A stretch of DNA of 64,000 nucleotides from positions 20,832,001-20,896,000 of the forward strand of contig NC_043018.1 in assembly GCF_006345805.1 (NCBI RefSeq), in the 5' to 3' direction. Below are positions 11,431-23,240 of this stretch, in pieces; position 1 is the first letter of the stretch, and every line of letters begins with the position of its first letter. This DNA is from Octopus sinensis. Its lineage: Eukaryota. The position numbers and the translations under genes were made by a program. Under the pieces are notes generated by a model. It did not search any database and was not told where the DNA came from. It was given only the letters and a program-made list of their open reading frames with translations.

Positions 11431-13884
11431 CCCATACACGTATTTCGAACTCTTTATGCTCTCATCAGTATCAGATGCCAAATGGAATGACAGTGACATG
11501 ACTGGAAGCCTTCAAAAATTTTTCTCATGGCAAACCACAGCAAAAATGTCCTTTCTACAGCTCAAATACATACATATTTGCCCTGCTTTGAGACATATTT
11601 AACCAGATCTAAAAGCATATTTATTTCACATCTCTGCTTCATGTGCCAGCTATGTATTTCTGGTTTATTTGAAATCTAAGTTTCGCCTTTTTATAATGCC
11701 CCTACATTTTTAGCTTCACTGTAAGAAGGGAATATACTGATCACACTAAAGGCTTTATTTTTATGGATAGTAAAAAAGTAGTTGCCATTTGTCTGGTTTC
11801 TAGTCTTTTAAAACCTTCATCAGAGGAAGAATAGCTATCTGTCAATGAAGAGGTTAGTTACCCATTGCTTTATATAATGTACGAGCAGTATAACCCGGCT
11901 TTGCCCGGGATTAACTTAGAATTATTAGGCTAATCAAGTTCTTTATTTCAAACTAAACTAACATCAACGTCAAATTTGGGCGAAATCCGTTGAAATTGGT
12001 TTATATATATATATATATATATATGGGCAACACACACACATACACACACACGTACGTACGTACGTACGTACGTACACCTATTGCATACATGTTTTTTGTA
12101 CGCATATATGTTCGTATGTGTGAGTGTTGCCTGTATATCAACAAAACACTTTTTTCGTCGATGGAAAAAAAAACAACAAAAGTCTTAACAAAAACTTACT
12201 CGTCGCTAGAAGGGGACTTAACTCATGTTTGCAAACAATGGTGATTTCTCCGACTAGAAAATTGTTAAAAGTTTTGGTTGAAAATTTATTTTTACTGCTA
12301 TTCACTGGTGCCTCTGGGAGAAATAAGTTGACGAAAATACAGCAAGGCACATGACGAATGTCCTCCTAAAATTGGAGCGACGTGCGTGCTAATTTGTGGA
12401 CGTGCATAAATTACATTCACGTACACACACAAACACACACATACACACACACACACACATCCTGCTTTTATATATACAGATACAATGTAAGACTCAGTTA
12501 AACTTGTCAATCTAATTTGCATAACACAGCATACACTGCCAACACGGACGAACAGCTTTCAGCATATACATTTACCTAGCTTTTTGGATAATTTTAAACG
12601 TAAAGAGTACATTTTTTAATAAACATCCAATTTTATTTTGCTGTAAGAAATATAGATTGTAGTTACATGGTAAGTTTCCTTTCTTTTAGTTTGCATTCAT
12701 TTTATAAGATTGTAACTTCTTTATAGTCAAAACATGGAATTTTTTTTCTTTTTCCCGCATTATCAAAACAGTTTATCAAAACTGCATTCAGATAATTCAT
12801 TTTCTTTTCAGATAACAGTAAATACTTAAGTCTTGGTCTGTACTGCTCACACAGCTGTTAATAGTGTTGTTATGACAAAGGGGTGAGCTGGCAGAATTGT
12901 TAGCACACCTGATTATATGCTTAGCAGCATTTCATCTGTCTTTACGTTCTGAGTTCAAATTCTGCGGAGACTGATTTTATGTTTCATCCTTTCAGGGTCA
13001 ATAAATTAAGTACCAGTTGAGTTCTAGGATTGATGTAATCAACTAGCATCCTCCTCCGAAATTGCTGGCCTTGTGCCAAAATTGGAAACCACTATTACTA
13101 TTATTTAGGTAAAGGTGGCAAGACGGCTGAATCATTAACACGCTGGGCAAAATACTCAGCGGCATTTCGGTCATCTTGATGTTTTGAGTTCAAATTCCGC
13201 TGAGGTTGACTTTGCCTTTTATCCTTTCAGGGCAAACAAAATTAGTACCAGTTGAGTACTGGGGGCCAGTGTAACCAACTTAACCCCTCCCCAAAATTGC
13301 TGGCCTTGTGCCAAAATTTGAAATCAATATTGTTATTATGGTTTACAAATCCACGGCTTCGGGTTCAGTCCCACTGTGCAGTACCAAGGGCAAGTGTCTT
13401 TTACTGTTACCCGAAGCTGACCACTGCCTTGTGAGTGAATTTGGTAGATGGAAACTGTATGGAAGCTGTCATAGATGTACATATACATATACATGTGTGT
13501 GTGTGTGTGTGTGTGTGCGCGTGCGTGTGTGTGTTTGTCCCCCACCATTGCTTACCAACTAGCTTGTTTACATCCCCGTAACATAGCAGTTCAGCAAAAG
13601 AAACCAATAAAACAAGCAGCAGACCTGAAAAATAAATTAGTACTGAGGTTAATTTATTTATCTAACTCCTTCAAGGCTCTGCTCCAGCCTGGCCACAATT
13701 CAATGACTGACTGAAACAAATAAAGAAATAAAAAGGTTTCCATTTAATCCAATCAATGGAACAGCCTGCTCAGGAAATTAACATACAAGTGGCTGAGTAC
13801 TCCACAGACACGTCTACCCCTAATGCAAGTTCGCAGGGAGATTCAGCGTGACACAGAATGTGACAAGCATATTTATTTCACATC

Positions 13885-14180
13885 TCTTCCTCCATGCCCT
13901 CCTCCTCCTACATGTCCTCCTCCTTCATGTCCTTCTCCATGTCCTCCTCCATGTCCTCCTCCTCCATGTCTTCCTCCTCCATGTCCTCTTCTTCCTCCAT
14001 GTCCTCCTCTTCCTCCGTGTCCTCCTCTTCCTCCGTGTCCTCCTCCATGTCCTCCATGTCCTCTTCCTTCGTGTCCTCCATGTCCTCCATGTCCTTCTTC
14101 ATGTCCTCCTCCTCCCTGTCCTCATCCTCCATGTCATCCTCTCTTCCTGCTCCTCCTCCTCCATGTCCTCCATGTTCCTT
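13885..14180 (+). repeat. Pyrimidine-rich (CCT)nCCATGT minisatellite
   Basis: Directly visible. Confidence 0.9.
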
Positions 14181-14338
14181 TCTGAATTACAGGCACTACT
14201 CGCTTTTGCCAGCTGAGTGGAATGGGTCAATGTGAAATAAAGTGTCTTGCTCAAGAACACAATGCTTCGCCAGGTAGGGGTGGTGGGGATTGAGCTCACA
14301 ACCTTACGACCATAAGCTGAACACAATAACCCACTAAT

Positions 14339-14373
<35 letters not shown>

Positions 14374-14789
14374 ACACTCCCCCACACACCCCTTACCGAA
14401 TCAATCCTTTCCTGGGTCACACCTTCACCTCTGTCACTGAACCTCGACCATAAAATGGTTTAAGTCTTATTTCTGTCTGTTAATACACTGTAATTCGATG
14501 TTGACTGTTTCCAAAATAAATAAATACTGACAACCATTTGGATTTTGGAACTCCTACCCTCACACACACACACACACACACACGCACACACACACACACG
14601 CGCACACACACACAAACACACACACACACACACACCACACAACATTTGTTATTTTAATGTCAGCCTATAGAAATTCTTAACTGAACTTCAACCTTATTGA
14701 TCTCTCATTTGCCTAGAAATGTCTCCAATTGTTACCAATGTGGGTCTTCTTCCTCTAATTTAAAAAACAATACCTAAATTAGTTCTCTA

Positions 14790-15183
14790 CTCCGCCTCTC
14801 TCTCTCTCTCTCTCTCTCCTTTTCTCCCTCTCTCTCCTCCTCTCTCTCCATCTGTCTATCTATCTTTCTATCTCTATCTATCTTTCTATCTCTATCTATC
14901 TTTCTATCTCTATCTATCTTTCTATCTCTATCTATCTTTCTATCTCTATCTATTTTTCTATCTCTATCTATCTTTCTATCTCTATCTATCTTATCTTTCT
15001 ATCTCTATATATCTCTATATGTTCTGTTGTTGGTTAAAGTTACAAGCATAAAAACTATCCAAGTTCGTCCCCTTCTCTTGCTTTCTCCATTTGTCTATCT
15101 TTTTAGTGTTTGTTTATTTGCTGGCAAAACATACAAATCTAAATAAAGACAAAAAAAATAGAGCATATAGACTTCTGTCCTTC

Positions 15184-15266
<83 letters not shown>

Positions 15267-15690
15267 GCTCTGTATCATCTTTTGGTAAAAGATAGGCATC
15301 TAACTGAACTGCATCTCAACTGGCTTCCTCCCCTCTTCGCTCCCCGTCTCTCTCTCTTTCTATCTATCTATCTATTTATCTATCTGTTTATTGGTAAAAC
15401 ATTGAAGTCTGACTAAAAAAAAAACAGCATCTGAATTAACTCTGTCCATTCCTTCCTCTCTCTTTCTATCTTTTCTGAGTAAAATTTAAAATTTTTGTTG
15501 TATCTAGGGAGGGCCAGAATGCCAACAATAAACACACATACACTGGTTCTATTTCACTTCTTTTCTTCTTCTTCTTCTTCTTCTTCTTCTTCTTCTTCTT
15601 CTTCTTCTTCTTCTTCTGCTTATTATTATTATTATTAGTAGTAGTAGTAGTATTAGTATTATTATTATTATTATCATCATCATCATCATC
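14790..15690. repeat. (CT)n, 18-bp TCTTTCTATCTCTATCTA, (CTT)n/(ATT)n/(CAT)n microsatellites
   Basis: Directly visible. Confidence 0.9.
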
Positions 15691-15999
15691 ACCATCATCG
15701 TCATGGTCAAGGCAGCGAGCTGGCAGAATCATTAGCATACCAGGCAAAAATGCTCAGCGACAGTTCATCCATCTTCACATTCTGAGTTCAAATTCCGCTG
15801 AGGTCAAGTGTGCCTTTCATCCCTTCTGGGTCGATTAAAGAAGTACCAGTTAAACGCTGGGGTCGATATAATCAACTAGTCCTCCTCCCCCAAATTTCAG
15901 GCCTTGTGCCTATAGCAGAAAGGATTGTTATTATCATGATCTCAGAGCTCTCAATTTTACTTGCTCTGGTTATTTCTGTAAAAGGGGACAGAAAACCCA

Positions 16000-16290
16000 T
16001 TGTCAAATCTCTCACAGGGTCTCTTTCGATGATACCCAACACCCAAGTACCCATCCAAAAATCATAGCTGTCCCCAATAAGGCAGTTTTTGAGCATGTCC
16101 TGCCCTCATGTGAATTCCAAGTTCTTCGACAGATTTCTCAAACTTGGTTCTTAGTGCTCCCACTGCCTCTACACCTACTGGGATGGCAGTTACTCTCTTC
16201 GTTGCCGACATCCTTGCAATTTCATCCTTTAGTAACCTGTATTTTTCTACCTTTTCCCCACTCTTTGTCATCTACATGAGCATCCCCACT
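16000..16290 (-). mobile_element. R4/Dong/NeSL-type (restriction-like endonuclease) non-LTR element C-terminal fragment
   Basis: EKVEKYRLLKDEIARM...IPVGVEAVGAL...LGI...AQK, then frameshifted GTAMIFGWVL, matching the EK.EKY..L..E..R.W...IPV..GALG...QK..LLGTA.ILR.VL end motif. Confidence 0.65.
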
Positions 16291-16299
16291 ATTTCTATT

Positions 16300-16806
16300 T
16301 CATGCTGAGCATTTGCCACATACAAAAGCTATCTTCCTATTTAGCCTTCCTTTGATATTACTGCACCTCTTATGTGTCCATGACTTACACTGGGTACATC
16401 TTATAGAGTTTCTACCTATGCCTCTACTACAGATTGAGCAGGGCCATCTACCTGAAGGGATTCGTGGTTTCCCTGCCTTCCTACTTATTAGGACTTTGGT
16501 TTTAGCTAGGTTGATTCTAAGGCCCTTCAATACTAATCCTTGTTTCCACACTTGAAACTTCTCCTCTAGTTCTGATAGTGACTCAGCAATTAGAGCAAGG
16601 TCATCAACATAGAGGAGCTCCCAGGGGCATCCTGTCTTGAATTCCTCCATTATTGCCTGAAGGACTATGATAAATAGGAGGGGCTGAGGACTGAACCTTG
16701 GTGGACCCCTACCTCTACCCTGAATTCTTCAGTGTACTCATTGCCAACCCTCACCTTACTGACAGCGTCCCTGTACATGGCTTGCACAGCTCTCACTAAC
16801 CATTCA
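16300..16806 (-). mobile_element. RTE-clade LINE fragment (RT C-terminal part plus PHD-like Cys cluster)
   Basis: ELLYVDDLALIAES...GLRINLAKTKV and CSIC...CTQC..WTHKRC...CGKC. Confidence 0.85.
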
Positions 16807-17127
16807 TGGCTGCAATTCAGTGACTGAAATAAGTAAAAGATACAAGGTAAAGAAATTTCCTATCTGTCTAATTATTTATTTACTTATTTTGATTAAACAT
16901 AGAGGTCTAACTCTAAGTCTAACATTTAAATTAGCCCTCCTTTCTATTTTTTTCTCTCTTTTTCACCCTTTTTCAGAGTAAAACTCAGTTCTTCCCCCCT
17001 TCTTCTCTGTATCTGTCTGTCTTATTTTAGTAAGACAGAGGTCTAACTTTATAAGTCTAGCATCTACATTAGCTCTGTCCTTCCCTTTCTATCTCTATCT
17101 TTCAGAGTAAGTCAAGCAAGTCTAACT

Positions 17128-17915
17128 TGGTGTTCCTCAACCAGAGTCCAAACGACCCTGGGAGGTGGGGATCCATATAAGATTTTGTGGGGTCCATGCA
17201 ATCAAAATAGTATTTTAAGGGTCCCTGAAAAAATTTTGGTTTAGATGTATGTATTGGTATGTATTGTAAGAAGCAGGTAGGGTTCCTTTCTCTTAGCAGA
17301 GTTCAACCTACACAAGTTAATGTGTGGAAAACAAAAGAGGAATTTTGAAAGAAGTCTGTATAAAACTAGTTTTTAAACATTGAATGACTGGGGGGGGGGG
17401 CACCGGAATGAAATAGTAACCAAAGGGCACCATAGATAAATAAAGAATGGTTGAGAACCCTTGCATTAGATGTATGTATTGGTGTGTATTGCAAGAAACA
17501 GCTGGATATCTTTCTATGACATTTTACATTAGTTCAACCTATACAAGTTAATGTGTGGAAAACAAAAGGAGAATTTTGGAAGAGGGTTCTATAAAACTAG
17601 TTTTTAAACATGGAATGGCTCTGGTGGGGTCCACCAGAATAAAATAGTAATCAAAGGGGTCTGTAGATAGATATGGTTGAGAATCCCTGCTTTAGGTGTA
17701 AGTATTGGTATGTATTGTAAGAAGCAGGTAGGGTTCTTTCTCTAACATTTTACATTGTTCAACCTAAACAAGTTAATGTGTAAAACACAAAACAGAATTT
17801 TAAAAGAAGTTTTTCTAAAACTAGTTCTTAAATGTTGAATGGCTATGGGGGTCCACCTGAATAGAACAGCAATCAAAGGGGTCCATAGATAAATAAAAAT
17901 GGTTGAAAACCACTG
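17128..17915. mobile_element. hAT-type MITE with three internal tandem units of about 225 bp
   Basis: Ends ...TTCCTCAACC / GGTTGAAAACCACTG; 8-bp TSD GTCTAACT at 17120-17127 and 17916-17923. Confidence 0.8.
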
Positions 17916-18843
17916 GTCTAACTGTAGAAAAAACAATATATAAGTCAGTGCCTTCTCTCTTCTCTCAGTCTATCTGTCTGTCTATTTATATATTTATATA
18001 CTCTTTTACTCTCTCTTTACTCTTTTACTTGTTTCAGTCATTTGACTGCAGCCATGCTGGAGCACCGCCTTTAGTCGAGCAAATCGACCCCGGGACTTAT
18101 TCTCTGTAAGCCCAGTACTTATTCTATCGGTCTCTTTTGCCATGAAGGAAAGCAAGCCTTGCTGTCCACTCAAGAAAACACATAGCAAATGATCCACAAG
18201 CACTCGAGCAAACTGAGTCCTCAGATTGTACCAATTGCCAAAAAGTTTGCAAGGCACCAGCAGACCCCTCAAGAGACACATTCGTGTCCTTAGAACATAA
18301 TTACCACTTTACTTTACTGAACCCTCATTTGTCACTTACGACAAGAGAATCCATCCATCCATCCATATATATACTCTTTTACTCTTTTACTTGTTTCAGT
18401 CATTTGACTGTGGCCATGCTGGAGCACCGCCTTTAGTCGAGCAAATCGACCCCGGGACTTAATCTTTGTAAGCCCAGTACTTATTCTATCGTCTCTTTTG
18501 CTGAACTGCTAAGTGACGGGGAAGTAAACACACTAGCATCGGTTGTCAAGTAATGCTAGAGGGACAAACACAGACACACAAACATATATATATATAATTA
18601 TATATATATATATACATATATACAACAAACACAGACACCCAAACACACACATATATATAGTCTTACTTATTATACAACATTACTCTTTTTGTACACTTTT
18701 TATGTACACTCTTTATGTACACTGATTTGTCTGCTTTTTATATTTAACCCTACTCTCTTATGTGGTGGTTTATAAAGTATGTGATTGAGTATTATCTGGT
18801 AATTGATATTTGATTTAGATGTATTTCTCCATTTCTTATCTTG

Positions 18844-18874
<31 letters not shown>

Positions 18875-19084
18875 CGACAGGCTTCTTTCAGTTTCCGTCT
18901 ACCAAATCCACTCACAAGGCTTTGGTCGGCCCAGGGCTATAGCAGAAGACACGTGTCCAAGATGCCATGCAGTGGGACTGAACCCAGAACCATGTGGTTG
19001 GTTAGCAAGCTACTTACCACACAGCCACTCCTGCGCCTATGTATATATATTTATCAAAATAAGCAACAAGGATATCCCGAGGTA

Positions 19085-19172
19085 ATGCAGTACGATCGTT
19101 TCATGCAACTCCATCTAATTACACAATGCAATAATTACATCAATTTAAAATGTAGAGCAATCTTCAGTTGCA
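19085..19172 (-). ncRNA. Near-intact type I hammerhead motif with long helix II
   Basis: TGCAA-CTGAAGA-(58 nt, TTGC...GCAT base)-GAAAC-GATC-GTA-CTGCA; palindromic helix III ACGATCGT; an A.C mismatch at the core-proximal helix I pair. Confidence 0.6.
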
Positions 19173-19348
19173 CAAAGACATAGAATTTCCTTAACGTCTT
19201 GGATATTTTAAGTATAATTATACTAACATGTCCATCTGTTCTAATTTAATTAAACTCTATGTGTTTGGAGAGCAAGTTTCTTACTACACAGCCACGCCTG
19301 CGCCTATTTATTTATATATTTATTCATCTATTTATCATTTATTTATTG

Positions 19349-20003
19349 GCAGGTGCAGGAGTGGCCGTGTGGTAAGTAGCTTGTTTACCAACCACATGGT
19401 TCCGGGTTCAGTCCCACTGCGTGGCACCTTGGGCAAGTGTCTTCTACTATAGCCTCGGGCCACCAAAGCCTTGTGAGTGGATTTGGTAGACGGAAACTGA
19501 AAGAAGCCCGTCGTATATATGTATATATATATGTGTGCATGTATGTTTGTGTTTGTCCCTCTAGCATTGCTTGACAACCGATGCTGGTGTGTTTATGTCC
19601 CCGTCACTTAGCGGTTCGGCAAAAGAGACCAATAGAATAAGTACTGGGCTTACAAAGAATAAGTCCCAGGGTCGAGTTGCTCGATTAAAGGCCAGCATTG
19701 CTTGACAACCAATGCTAGTGTGTTTATGTCCCTGTCACTTAGCGGTTCGGCAAAAGAGACCGATAGGATAAGTACTGGGCTTACAAAGAATAAGTCCCGG
19801 GGTCGAGTTGCTCGATTAAAGGCCAGCATTGCTTGACAACCAATGCTAGTGTGTTTATGTCCCTGTCACTTAGCGGTTCGGCAAAAGAGACCGATAGGAT
19901 AAGTACTGGGCTTACAAAAGAATAAGTCCCGGGGTCGAGTTGCTCGATTAAAGGCCGCAGTCAAATGACTGAAACAAGTAAAAGAGTAAAAGAGTAAAAG
20001 AGT
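19349..20003 (+). mobile_element. Family A SINE with an internal 131-bp segment triplicated
   Basis: AGCATTGCTTGACAACC restarts at 19563, 19694 and 19825. Confidence 0.85.
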
Positions 20004-20477
20004 GATCTTTCAGTTTTGGACTCCGGAGTGTCGGTTGATATGAGGTGACGACGTCATTCTCCGTCTTTTTCCGTCTAACTTAAGGAAAGCTTGTGTGGGT
20101 GAACATTGTCTTATCAATAACGAAGGATTACCTCTCTATTTATTTTTGTTTAAGCCATACAAGTCCAACTTTTAAGGTATAACATCTAATTTAATTCCCT
20201 CCCTCCGTCCATCCCTCCAGCCAGCCATAAGTCGTTTCCTCCCCCTCTCTTTCTATCTGTGTATTTATTTTTTTATACACTTGTTTATTTATTATTCATT
20301 AAATTATTTGTTTATTTATTTTGTTAAAAACCATAAAAGTCTTTATCAACATTAATTAATTCCTTCATCCTTTCTCTCTCTCTCTCTTTCTGTCTGTGTA
20401 TTTATTTTTTATACATTTGTTCATTTTTTATATATTTGTTTATTTATCTATTTCTTATTTATTTATTTAATTACTTG

Positions 20478-21290
20478 GATCTTTTCGGTTTGAACGACAG
20501 TTTTTTCTAGCGGTGTCATATGAAATTGTCACCCATAATTATGACCCTAGTATCGATCTATCGCATTTCAATCTGTTTTAGGGTTAGGGGTGGGGGAAGG
20601 GTATCTTTTTTTTCTTCACAAATGTAAATAAACCGGATCTTTTCGGTTTGAACGGCAGTTTTTAACATAATTCTAGGTAACTAAAAAATTTTAAACTTCG
20701 TATACTGGTAGAATGTGTTTATAAAACATCTTTTTCTCTTGGCTTTATTGAGAAAATTCTATAGTTTGTAAGATATTTTCTTCAATTTCAACCAATCAAT
20801 GACGTCCATTGAGTTAAAAAACATTCTGTGCCGTATGAATATGTCCCTCGTTTAAGAAACAGATTGGGTTTATTGGATCTTTTCCTTTTGATAGCTAGAT
20901 TTCAACACAATTTCTAATTAACTAAGGAGCGGAACCCCAAGGAAACATTCCACTTGCTCGAGGAACCCCTGTGAAATAATTTAATTGTCTTATGCACACA
21001 TATCTGCACAGGGGAATTAAAAATTACTGCCGATTTTAGCAGTTTTGTAACTTCTTGCGGAACCCCTGCACTGGGATCTTTTCGTTTTGATAGCCAGATT
21101 TCAACACAATTTCTAGTTAACTAAACACTTTAAAACTTCGTATACTGGTAGAATGTGTTCATAAAACATCATACCAGTATACGAAGTTTTCACTTTAAAA
21201 CTTCGTATACTGGTATGATGTTTTATAAACACATTCTACCAGTATACGAAGTTTTAAAGTGTTTAGTTAACTAGAAATTGTGTTGAAATC
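20478..21290. repeat. Unclassified interspersed repeat (GGATCTTTTCGGTTTGAACG...) with internal re-starts and a terminal nested palindrome
   Basis: GGATCTTTTC restarts at about 20478, 20634, 20876 and 21075; palindrome at 21083-21290. Confidence 0.55.
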
Positions 21291-21299
21291 CATCTATTT

Positions 21300-21698
21300 A
21301 TCTAATTTAAACCATAAAAAGTCTTTCTCTACGCAAACAACCTTCACCCATGCTTCCATCCATCCATCCATCCATTCATTCATTCGTCACACTCTCCCTC
21401 CCTTTCACTCTTCCCTTCCTCCCTCCCTCTCTCTCTTTGTGTCTTCGTTCGTTGCTAAACCACATTAAAGGGAGTTAACTCCAACCAACAGAAAGAAAAC
21501 CAAAAAAAGCCTCTTTTTATTTTTTTTGTTGTTTTTTATTTTGTGTGAAACGTCGAAGAACCGACACCGAACAACAACAACAACAATTATACATATATAT
21601 ATTATACAAGCATATATATATGTATATACATACGAAGATTCCTGTCGCGATTTTGTAAATGTTCGGGAATTAATTTAGATGGAATGAAGCCAAAAATC
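21300..21698 (+). promoter_or_regulatory. Putative promoter/5'UTR of PPP1R11
   Basis: Unique, relatively CpG-retaining sequence directly upstream of the ATG exon; no TSS evidence available. Confidence 0.35.
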
Positions 21699-21749
21699 AT
21701 GGCTGAGCGTTCACTAACATTAACCAGAACAGACTTGGAACTGTCCGAA
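21699..21749 (+). CDS. PPP1R11: PPP1R11 coding exon 1 (MAERSLTLTRTDLELSE)
   Basis: ATG in aaaATCATGG context, 17 codons, donor GAA|gtaaga in phase 0, matching exon 2. MAE-T/S-rich start resembles inhibitor-3 N-termini. Confidence 0.8.
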
Positions 21750-21987
21750 GTAAGAATCCATTCCTTCATTCTGTCTTTCTTCATTCTTTCATTCTTTCAT
21801 TCTGTATTCCTTTATTCCTTAGATTAAATCACGATTCTGCATTATATACGCCTTTGGTAAAACATGTAGGTATTGGTTTATAAGGCAGGCAGAGCTAAAG
21901 AATGCGAAGAATACGTACACACCACCCGTTTTAGGCAGAACCAAAACTCTAACCTAACCCCCGGGTGTACATATTCTTTACTTTCAC

Positions 21988-22030
<43 letters not shown>

Positions 22031-22389
22031 GTGGTGCTCCAGCATGGCCACAGTCTTTGGAGTGAAACATACAAAAGAATATATATATATATATATATAT
22101 ATATAAACAAGCAAGGTGACAAAGACATATCGCTATATATGGAAGAAAGTCTTTCCATATAGAGCCATTAATTTTACACACCTTCCAAAATTATACATAC
22201 ATGCATATATATATATATATGTATATACCTTCTCAATTATATATATATATATATATATATATAACGGGAAGCTTTATGAAAATAAACTAAAGACGAAGGC
22301 AGGTGGAATACAAACAAACAATTGTATTAGTATATATATATACCTTCCCAAATTATACATATATATATATGTGTGTGTGTGTGTATGTA

Positions 22390-23240
22390 TGTATAATTTG
22401 GGAAGGTATATACATATATATATGTATGTATGTATAATTTGGGAAGGTATATACATATATATATATGTATGTATAATTTGAGAAGGTATATACATATATA
22501 TATGTATGTATGTATAATTTGGGAAGGTATATACATATATATATGTATGTATAATTTGGGAAGGTATATACATATATATATGTATGTATGTATAATTTGG
22601 GAAGGTATATACATATATATATGTATGTATAATTTGGGAAGGTATATACATATATATATGTATGTATAATTTGGGAAGGTATATACATATATGTATGTAT
22701 GTATGTATAATTTGGGAAGATATATACATATATATATGTATGTATGTATAATTTGGGAAGGTATATACATATATATATGTATGTATAATTTTGGAAGGTA
22801 TATACATATATATATGTATGTATGTATAATTTGGGAAGGTATATACATATATGTATGTATGTATGTATAATTTGGGAAGATATATACATATATATATGTA
22901 TGTATGTATAATTTGGGAAGGTATATACATATATATATGTATGTATAATTTGGGAAGGTATATACATATATATATGTATGTATGTATAATTTGGGAAGGT
23001 ATATACATATATGTATGTATGTATGTATAATTTGGGAAGATATATACATATATATATGTATGTATGTATAATTTGGGAAGGTATATACATATATATATGT
23101 ATGTATAATTTTGGAAGGTATATACATATATGTATGTATGTATGTATAATTTGGGAAGATATATACATATATATATGTATGTATGTATAATTTGGGAAGG
23201 TATATACATATATATATGTATGTATAATTTTGGAAGGTGT
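22390..23240 (+). repeat. 36-40-bp minisatellite (TATAATTTGGGAAGGTATATACATATATATATGTATG[TATG]), about 22 copies
   Basis: Directly visible; flanked by inverted repeats of about 110 bp at 22088-22200 and 23215-23320. Confidence 0.95.

Noticed and set aside
10892-11602. Ser/Pro/Glu-rich ORFs
   Set aside because: Low-complexity purine tract.
11785-11830. Minus-strand CTGATGA...GAAAC
   Set aside because: No GUH triplet or helix I/III pairing.
13823-14235. Pro/Cys-rich ORF resembling cornifin or keratin-associated proteins
   Set aside because: Its N-terminus comes from a SINE fragment and the rest is a (CCT)nCCATGT minisatellite open in several frames; no splice context.
14690-14755. Minus-strand exon-like GRRPTLVTIGDISRQMRDQ*; checked against POLR1H/ZNRD1 (TRQMRS motif), the human PPP1R11 neighbour
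   Set aside because: Lacks the SADEGQTVFY and zinc-ribbon cysteines; no POLR1H exon was found in the window.
20578-20590. TTAGGGTTAGGG telomere-like motif
   Set aside because: Only two units, inside an interspersed repeat.
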